Positions 25,599 through 32,848 of a DNA stretch of 64,000 nt are shown here, piece by piece. Where the stretch lies: the NCBI GenBank assembly GCA_963808625.1, contig CAWEHK010000025.1:64001-128000 (forward strand). Reading direction: 5' to 3'. The position numbers were made by a program, and so were the translations under genes. The notes beneath the pieces were generated by a model. It was not told the DNA's origin and did no database searches. It saw only the letters and a list, made by a program, of their open reading frames with translations. Within the stretch, counting starts at the first letter, position 1; the number at the start of each line of letters is the position of its first letter. The stretch is from an uncultured delta proteobacterium (GTDB taxonomy: Bacteria > Desulfobacterota > Syntrophobacteria > Syntrophobacterales > Syntrophobacteraceae).

Positions 25599-25655
25599 CG
25601 AGGCTGTTGAACGTGGTATTGTCTTTCCCCCTGAGATGAGTTTTGAGAGGCAGCA

Positions 25656-25943
25656 ATGAGCTTGGCGGCACAACCTATCCCCAATCCGGCAGTGCTTTTT
25701 CGAGAGGTACCCATGGATGAGTGGGCCGTCCTGTTCAATCCGGAGAACTTCTGTGCGATGTCCCTCAATGCCACCGGCGTGGTCGTGTGGAAATTGATCG
25801 ACGGGCGGCGCACGATCGCGGAGATCGTCGCGGGGGTGAAAGCCCATTTCAAGGACGTGCCGGACACGGTAACCGACGATATCGCCGCCCTGCTGAAAGT
25901 ACTGAGTGGCGACGGTTACGTGGGGTATGAGGTAACCGCATGA
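25656..25943 (+). CDS. PqqD-family RiPP recognition element (ScmD-like) 1
   Basis: 95 aa; NPAVLFRE..DEWAVLFNPE....LNATGVVVWKLIDG..TIAEI. Confidence 0.9.
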   Translation: MSLAAQPIPNPAVLFREVPMDEWAVLFNPENFCAMSLNATGVVVWKLIDGRRTIAEIVAGVKAHFKDVPDTVTDDIAALLKVLSGDGYVGYEVTA

Positions 25944-26227
25944 AGACAAGACAGTATGTGGCCAATCCGGTCGTCTCCTGCCGTGAGGAGGAAGGGGGCG
26001 CTGTGCTCTTCAATCCCGATACCGACGATATGGTCATCATCAACCCCACCGGCCGGGTGATCTGGGACTTTCTCGCGACCCCTCGCAATACGGTGCAGGT
26101 AGCGGCTCACGTCGTAGAAAAGTTCCAGGGGGTTTCCCCCGAGCAGGCGGCGACCGATGCCGAAGCTTTCCTTCAGTCCCTGCTGCCGGACTTTATTCTG
26201 GAAGCGGAGGGGACTGATGAAGCCTGA
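25940..26227 (+). CDS. PqqD-family RiPP recognition element 2
   Basis: 95 aa; ANPVVSCREEEGGAVLFNPDT....INPTGRVIWDFL; ATGA overlap with the first RRE gene. Confidence 0.88.
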   Translation: MKTRQYVANPVVSCREEEGGAVLFNPDTDDMVIINPTGRVIWDFLATPRNTVQVAAHVVEKFQGVSPEQAATDAEAFLQSLLPDFILEAEGTDEA

Positions 26228-27359
26228 GTCGATGGCGGCCATGGACCTGACCGTCCCACCCAAGGGTGTGCCCCCGGCCCCGAGAACGGTCGACCTGTCT
26301 CTTACGGGTCGCTGCAACTTGCAATGCCGCTATTGTTTTTTCGCGGACTCGATGGCTGCGCTCACCGATCTCCCAACGGTGTCATGGCTCTCTTTCTTTG
26401 AGGAGCTTGGTGAGCTGGCGGTGCTGCGGGTGACCCTCTCCGGCGGGGAGGTCTTCACTCGCCCCGACTTGTTTCAATTGCTTGACGGCATCATCGCCGC
26501 CAGGATGCGCTATAGCCTGCTCTCCAACGGCACCCTCATCACCGAGCAGGTGATCCGCCGTTTTGAGGAAGGCAAGCGCCGTTTGCGCCTGGATTCCATC
26601 CAAATCTCCATCGATGGTTCCTGTGCCGAGGTCCACAACCGCAGTCGTCCGCCGGACAGCTTCGACCGCGCCCTGAATGGGCTCAAGCTGCTCAAGGCGA
26701 ACGGCTTTCCGGTGACGGTCCGGGTTACGGTGAACCGGCATAACCTCGACGACCTGGAAAACATTGCCCGTTTGCTGCTGGAAGATATTGGCCTGAGCGG
26801 GTTCGGTACCAATGAAGTTGAATTCATGGGCGCCGCCCGCTGCCACGGCCAGGAAGTGGTGCTGACGCCGGGAGAGCGCCGGCAGGCCATGGCTGCCCTG
26901 GTCGCCCTGAACGAGAAATATGAGGGCCGCATCAGCGCCAATGCCGGGCCCCTCGCCGCGGCAAAGTCATTCTCGGACATCGAAGCCAGGCTGGCCCAGG
27001 GGGAGACGCACATGCCGGGTCGGGGGACCCTCTGCTCATGCGGCGGGGTCTTCAGCAAGATGGCAGTCCTCCACGACGGCGCGATGGTCCCCTGCGACAT
27101 GCTCCCCACTCTGGTCATGGGCAGGGCGGGCAAAGATCCCTTGCGCGATGCCTGGCTCCATCACCCGGCCATCAACGCCGTGCGAGCCCGGCGGGAGGTC
27201 CCCCTCAGCTCGCTCGCCACCTGCCGGGGCTGCCCTTACACCGGGTTCTGTGCGGGTGGGTGTCCGGCGTCGGTGATGGCCAAATATAGTCGTCTCGATG
27301 CCCGCGACCCCCTTTGCTGCTACCGGATCTACCGGGGAGAAGAGAGGGTTGATGGTTGA
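26217..27359 (+). CDS. Radical SAM/SPASM peptide maturase (ScmE-like)
   Basis: CNLQCRYC, SGGE, ISIDGS; SPASM cysteines CSCGG..PC and CRGCPYTGFCAGGCPA..C. Confidence 0.93.
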   Translation: MKPESMAAMDLTVPPKGVPPAPRTVDLSLTGRCNLQCRYCFFADSMAALTDLPTVSWLSFFEELGELAVLRVTLSGGEVFTRPDLFQLLDGIIAARMRYSLLSNGTLITEQVIRRFEEGKRRLRLDSIQISIDGSCAEVHNRSRPPDSFDRALNGLKLLKANGFPVTVRVTVNRHNLDDLENIARLLLEDIGLSGFGTNEVEFMGAARCHGQEVVLTPGERRQAMAALVALNEKYEGRISANAGPLAAAKSFSDIEARLAQGETHMPGRGTLCSCGGVFSKMAVLHDGAMVPCDMLPTLVMGRAGKDPLRDAWLHHPAINAVRARREVPLSSLATCRGCPYTGFCAGGCPASVMAKYSRLDARDPLCCYRIYRGEERVDG

Positions 27360-27402
27360 TAGTTGATGGTTGATAGTTGAGGGTTGAGGGTTGATGGTTG
27401 AT
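27345..27402 (+). repeat. Heptamer array (GATGGTT/GAGGGTT)
   Basis: About 8 units overlapping the stop of the first rSAM gene. Confidence 0.8.
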
Positions 27403-27678
27403 ATGCTCGTTTGGGTTGATAACCTTGATTTTGGCGGACTTGGGAATTAACCGCAGAGCACGCTGAGATCGCAGAGAAAGCCAATGATTCTTTCTGTGGC
27501 CTCTGTACTACTAAGGTTCAAATTGTTTAAATCTTATCAAGATTTTTGCTTAACTTTTTGTTTTCTCCGCGTTCTCTGCGTTCTCTGCGGTGGAAGAATA
27601 AATATTTGAACCTTTACGAGTATGGTTGATGGATCTACCAGGGAGAAGAGCTTGAGTTCCATGAGCTTGTGTGATTTT

Positions 27679-28830
27679 ATGGAACCGGATAACGGCCAGA
27701 GCGGACCGCTGCCCCAGGATCTGCCCGAGGGCGTGCCGCCGCTTCGAGCCTTTTACCTTTATCTCTCCACCAGCTGCAACCTGCGCTGTCGCCACTGCTG
27801 GATCACCCCGAGCTTTGTCGACGGCATTCCGGCTGGCCGAGGACGTAATTCCGGTGGAAGCGCTCCGGGATGCCGTGATCGAGGCCAAACCGCTGGGCCT
27901 CTGCCACGCCAAGCTGACTGGCGGGGAACCCCTCCTGCACCCGCGCTTTGTCGGAATCGTGGACATGCTGACGGCCGAGGGGTTGCAGATGAATATGGAA
28001 ACCAACGGCACGCTGATGACTGCCGAGCTTGGCCGCCATCTCAAGGAGAAGACCAACGTCAGCTTCATCTCGATCAGCCTGGATGGGGCCGACGCCAAAA
28101 CTCACGACCGGTTTCGCGGCGTGGTCGGGGCTTACGATGCGGCGTTGAGAGGATTGGCGCACCTGACGGATGCTGGATACAGCAACGTTCAGGTGATCAT
28201 GAGCGTCCATCGCGGCAACCTGGACCAGATCGATGGCCTGGTGCGGCTGGTGGCGGACCGCGGTGCGGGATCGGTCAAGTTCAACCCGGTTAGCTTTGCC
28301 GGGCGGGGAACCACCATGCATGAGCGGGGGGAGACCCTGGACTACGAGGAGCGGATGGCCCTGGCCGCGGCCGTTCGAGAGGAGTTGCCAGAGACGTTTC
28401 TCCATCCCCCTCATCTGCTTTCATCCACCGGCCCAGAAATCCATGCGGCACCTGTGGGATACCTCGCCGACAGCCCACCGATTGCGGGGTCCGCCACATT
28501 CTGGGCATCCTGGGGACGGGGGACATTGCCTTGTGCGGGATCGGCCGGACCGTCCCCGAGCTGGTCTACGGGCAACTGGGGAAAAACAGCATCCGGGAGA
28601 TCTGGTTGACACATCCCACGATCCTCGAGCTCCGCCGGCTTCTGGACGACTTCAGGAATTTTCCCGGCATATGCGGCCGGTGCATCCATGCCAAAACCTG
28701 CCGCACGGGCTGTGTCGCGATGAACTATGTCGACGCTCGGCAACTCGTCTGGCCGGACCCGCTGTGCCAGGAGTCAGAACGACGAGGGCTGTTTCCGGCC
28801 AGCCGGAAAAGGAAATCCGGCGGCCCTTGA
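27679..28830 (+). CDS. Radical SAM/SPASM peptide maturase (ScmF-like; indels)
   Basis: YLYLSTSCNLRCRHCWITP, LTGGEPLLHP, METNGTL, ISLDGA; C-terminal LGILGTGDIALCGIG and CGRCIHAKTCRTGCVA..LC. Confidence 0.9.
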
Positions 28831-28868
28831 GCAGCGAACACCTCAAGGAAAGCACATCATAGCAATCG

Positions 28869-29007
28869 AGTACACGTGGGCCGAAATAAGTAGCCAGTTC
28901 CGGTGGGCACGGTGAAGCTGTGCCCACCCTACAGTGTTCCCGGACCCGTAGGGTGGGCAGGTTTTTTGCCCACCGCAAACATGCACGAACTTATACCCAT
29001 GTGTACT
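28869..29007. mobile_element. MITE-like shell with AGTACAC(G/A)TGGG ends enclosing a GTAG REP doublet
   Basis: Left agtacacgtggg..ataagt, right acttat.cccatgtgtact; REP pair 28902-28974 inside. Confidence 0.6.
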
Positions 29008-29256
29008 AGAGAGATGAGTGTTCATGAGGGCCTGGCATTATTTATGCATCTCAACAGTCGAAAGTTGCGTTTGTTCTATCATTCTGGATGCCCGCCAGAA
29101 GCACGCGGGCATGACGATAGTTGGCCTGTTGCCGCACCGTCATTCCCGCAGGCTTTTGGCGGGAATCCAGAAACTGAGACAAATCTAGGATTTCACCCTT
29201 AACGAGTATAGAATGATCATTTTCATGTATAATGAACCTTTGCAGGGAGAAGCGAC

Positions 29257-29496
29257 GTGTTGAAAAATGGAAAGGACGATCTGACGGACCGGCGGCCAAC
29301 ATACGAACCACCACAGGCCTTACGCATGGATGATATCCATGCAGGGGCAGGTGGGCAGGATTGTACCTCTGGCGCTAGCGCTGGAGGTGCTAACTGCGCT
29401 ACGGGCGGCGCCGCTATCGGTGGACAGTGTATTAGTCCAGGGACTTCTGCTGCTACTGGTCAATGTAAATTTGGTGATGGAGCCTCTACATTTTAG
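29257..29496 (+). CDS. Candidate RiPP precursor peptide (YxxP leader, Cys/Gly-rich repeat core)
   Basis: 79 aa; GGAG RBS plus GTG; leader RPTYEPPQAL; Cys at 36/47/58/70 in CTSG, CATG, CISPG, CKFG; lies inside the rSAM-RRE operon. Confidence 0.85.
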   Translation: MLKNGKDDLTDRRPTYEPPQALRMDDIHAGAGGQDCTSGASAGGANCATGGAAIGGQCISPGTSAATGQCKFGDGASTF

Positions 29497-29519
29497 GGCG
29501 CAAGACTTACGGAGCTTTT

Positions 29520-30480
29520 GTGCCATGGGTGGAGGAACTCGATGAAAGCAGGGACCGGCGGATGGGGTTCGATTCGTCTCAAAAGAACTTTGGGGTCTTC
29601 TCCTGCGGGGGGGTTACTCTGATTCTAACACCATCCTCCACATATAGCCTTCCCCTTGCTGACGGGACCTGCTGGCTGGTTCGGGCCGGCGTCCCGGAGG
29701 CTGAGCACGTGGTGGCCCGTCTTGGAGCGGCTATGGAACTGCCGCCGGGCGGCGGCTCCGGCCGGGAACTGGTGGTTGGGTTCCACGGCCACCAGGCTTC
29801 CTCACCTGCTGCCCTGCGTGCAGCCCAGGGACCATCAGTGTGTCTGGTGAGCCCTCCCTGCAACGGGGAGAGGTTCGCCTTTCAGGCTATGCAGATATCC
29901 ATGACCATCGTCAGGGATGCGCAGGTCCGTGGGGGATTGCTCATTCACGGCGCGCTGGCCGCGTGGCAGGGGTCCGCTGAAAAGGCCGGCGGAATGGTTT
30001 CGGGTGCCATCATGGCGGGGCCGGGTAGCGTCGGGAAGACTACGGCCAGCAGTCGCCTGTCCGGCCCCTGGCGGTCCCTCAGCGATGACATGACCCTGGT
30101 GGTTCGTGACCCTCAAGGCCATTACTGGGCGCATCCCTGGCCCACCTGGGGGCGGTTTTTGGAAAATGCGGCCGGCGTTTCCTGGCCGGTGCCGCAGGGC
30201 CGTGCCCCTGCGGGCCGTTTTTTTCCTTTCCCAATCGCCCAACGACTCGGTAACCCCACTCAACACCGCCCAAACAATCGCCCTGCTGATCGAATCCGTG
30301 CAGCAGGCCTCCTCGCCCATGGTCTGCGCGTTGCCGGAGACCGAGGCTGCGGCTGTCTATGAGGAACAACTGGCGGCGGCCAGCGAGCTCGCCCGGACCA
30401 TCCCTGCCTACCGGCTCAGCATAAGCCTGGACGGCGCCTTCTGGAAGGAAATGGAAAGCGTGCTCGCGGCGGCCCCAGCC
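29520..30480 (+). CDS. ScmC-like HPr-kinase-fold P-loop protein (one indel near 30200; exact start uncertain)
   Basis: GGLLIHGALA, AGPGSVGKTTAS, LSDDMTLVV, YWAHPWPTW, VPLRAVFFLSQ, LSISLDGAFW. Confidence 0.82.
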
Positions 30481-31175
30481 CGCCCGGTTGCATCTCGCCG
30501 AGCGTCACCCCCTTCGCCTCGGGTGCGACTGCCCGGAAGGTCCCCCGCTGCCGGTCGTCTACACCGGTCCCAGCATGAACCCCACCCTGCAGGGAGCCGG
30601 ACCTGCTGGAGGTGGTCCCTTACGACGGAAGAGCGGTGTGCAAGGGGGACGTCATCTATTTCCACCCGCCGGGTGGGGGGCTCGCGGTCGTCCACCGGGT
30701 CGCGCGGGTCTTGCGGGAAGGCGTCCGCACCCGGGGAGACAACAACCCGATGGAAGACCCTTATTCTGTGCCTCATTCGGCCATTATCGGGCAGGTCGTA
30801 GCCGCGCAGCGGGATGGGCGTCGCCGCCGCGTCGCTGGCGGCTGGCAAGGCCGGATGCAATACCACCTGGCGAGGCTTGAAGGCACCGCGCTGCGCCTGG
30901 GCCAGAGACTCTTGAGCCGGCTGTACCAGGGGCTGGCAAGGTCCGGTCTCTTTCGCCAGGTCCTCCCCCCGAGGCTCACCCCCCGCCTGGTCGGGTTCGA
31001 AACGAGACGCGGCAGGCAGCTCAAGGTGATGATGGGAAGCCGTGCGGTAGCCCACTACCACCCGCTCGGGAGAGTGTGGCAGGTTCGTCGGCCCTTTCGC
31101 CTGTTTGTGGATGAGGCCGTTCTGCCCCGGCCCGAGAGCGAATTCCCTCAATCAGCCCCAGCGCTGGTGAAATAA
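30481..31175 (+). CDS. S24/S26 signal-peptidase-like domain, probably fused in frame to the ScmC-like protein (indels)
   Basis: VYTGPSMNPTL (Ser), GDVIYF, VVHRV (His), TRGDNN..D; no stop seen after the ScmC C-terminus before the frameshift. Confidence 0.78.
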
Positions 31176-31471
31176 CTGCAAGCAGATACCAGAACGCCCT
31201 CCATCTTTTTTATCCACGAATTCACACGAAGATTTGTGAAGACACACGAAGAACTCACTTCGTGGTCTTCGTGATCTTCGTGCTCTTCGTGGTGAAAGAT
31301 AAGGTGGTCTTTTGATTCATGCGCAGGGCCGGGTCCGCCAAGAACGCTGACCACGGTGATGGAGACTGGGTTGGGCATTGTACTGAAGCAGCCCAGTGGA
31401 TCGGTAACGCGGACCGTGCAGGCCCCAAGCGGCGAAATGGAGAAGCGGTAGTGTGGTCGTCATGATCAAGT

Positions 31472-31573
31472 CTAGATGAAGACGTATTGCCCCTGCGTTG
31501 CTATAATGTCCACGGCATCGGGCAGTCCCTCGGCAAAGTCACAGTAAGTGTTGGTATCAAGGACCAGCTTCAC
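31472..31573 (-). pseudogene. Truncated PIN-domain toxin (N-terminal 33 aa only)
   Basis: VKLVLDTNTYCDFAEG... begins overlapping the antitoxin stop (GTGA) and ends at a premature TAG. Confidence 0.65.
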
Positions 31574-31809
31574 TCCCAGTCCCCTTCGTGGATCTCATTG
31601 AAGACCCGTAGTGAAGCTCGCAGCTCATCCGCTTCCTCGCGAGTCATCCAACCCGCCAGCTCACGAACCAGCTTTTCGCGATTTTTCAGCAAGCCAAGCT
31701 TTTCATCAATAGCCTCAAGGATAAAAGCCGTCTTGGATTTTCCGGCTCTTCCTGCAACTTTTCGAATTATCGCCTCTTTCTCAGAAGGAATCCTCAGACT
31801 CACGGGCAT
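31570..31809 (-). CDS. Ribbon-helix-helix (CopG/DUF1778-like) antitoxin
   Basis: VSLRIPSEKEAIIRKVAGRAGKSKTAFILEAIDE; LAGWMTREEADE; GGAGG RBS. Confidence 0.72.
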   Translation of the reverse strand: MPVSLRIPSEKEAIIRKVAGRAGKSKTAFILEAIDEKLGLLKNREKLVRELAGWMTREEADELRASLRVFNEIHEGDWE

Positions 31810-32076
31810 GGTTGATCACCTCCATGTATCGCCTTCGTGCGTTTTGTATCTCAAATGGAGGGTGCTGTCAATTTTCTTCATCCACGAAGACACACCAACA
31901 CGAAGACACACGAGCCTCTTGCAAAACTCAATAAGACCGTCACCCCGCTAGAAATGGCGGATACATCGGAAGTCACTGACCTACACTCTAGCGCGCATCC
32001 TCTCTACTCGGCGGTCAAAGCTATACCAGTTAAGGATGAGATAATACGTTTTGATATGCTGGCTGAATGATGAATG

Positions 32077-32632
32077 CCCTGAAAGGGCTTCATAAGATAG
32101 CCCAGGGTCAGCGACAGCGCCACCCTGGGTGGGGACACCCGATCCCATTTTGCCTTACCCTGAAAGGGCTTCAAAATACCCAGGGTCAGCGACAGCGCCA
32201 CCCTGGGTGGGGACACCCGATCCCATTTTGCCTTACCCTGAAAGGGTTAGAGCGTGTCTGAAAATTCCCCCTAAAGCTGGTTCCCAAGCTCTGGCTTGGG
32301 AACCCACCTCCTTGGAAGCTCCAGCTTCGTCGGACTTGTGGATACCATCTCATACTCAAGACGCACGGGAAGCTGGAGCTTCCGTACCTGCGTTCCCAAG
32401 CTGGAGCTTGGGAACGAGCGAACGAGCTCCCCGACTCTTTTAAAGGTGGGTCGGAGGGATTCTTCCTTCAAGTTTTGCGCAAAATTTGAATTTTCAGACA
32501 GCCTCTTAGATAAATCGGTGTGTCGGTGTCTTCTATGTAACCCCTTCAGGGTAGATATTGGTGGTTGTGCTTGGCCCCCAGGGTGGCGCTGGCGCGCTGA
32601 CCCTGGGCTAATTTATCAAGCCCTTTCAGGGC
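32077..32632. repeat. Composite REPIN-like element (tandem plus inverted CCCTGAAAGGG/CCCAGGG units) interrupted by a MITE
   Basis: Two direct ~80-bp units at 32077-32246 and an inverted unit at 32530-32632. Confidence 0.8.
32250..32505. mobile_element. 256-bp MITE, 18-bp TIRs GAG(CG/GC)TGTCTGAAAATTC, TTA duplication, carrying two TTCCCAAG REPs
   Basis: TIRs at 32250-32267 and 32488-32505; TTA at 32247-32249 and 32506-32508. Confidence 0.8.
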
Positions 32633-32716
32633 AGAAAAGTGGCCCGCTGCAAAGTTTGCCAAATAGCAAAGACCCCCCGGCAAAACCGGAGGTCTTTGAC
32701 TGGGTTAAGCGCTTCA

Positions 32717-32848
32717 GATGACCCCTTATTTCATATGCAGGGGGTGATCGATGACCCCTTATTTCATATGCAGGCGGGGGTTGATGACCGCCTGCTTCAT
32801 CTGCAGGGCGGGGTCGATGACCGCTTACTTCATCTGCAGGGCCGGATC
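32717..32848 (-). repeat. Four tandem 33-bp repeats derived from the 3' end of the giant C25 gene
   Basis: Units start at 32717, 32750, 32783 and 32816; each encodes a DPALQMK-like peptide on the minus strand. Confidence 0.88.

Noticed and set aside
25656..29496. PQQ biosynthesis or lasso-peptide cluster
   Set aside because: No pqqB/pqqC or ExxxY precursor, and no lasso cyclase or transglutaminase-like B protein. The core is Cys-rich with two SPASM enzymes.
32717..32848. CRISPR array
   Set aside because: The 33-bp units are contiguous with no unique spacers, derive from a gene end, and no cas genes are present.
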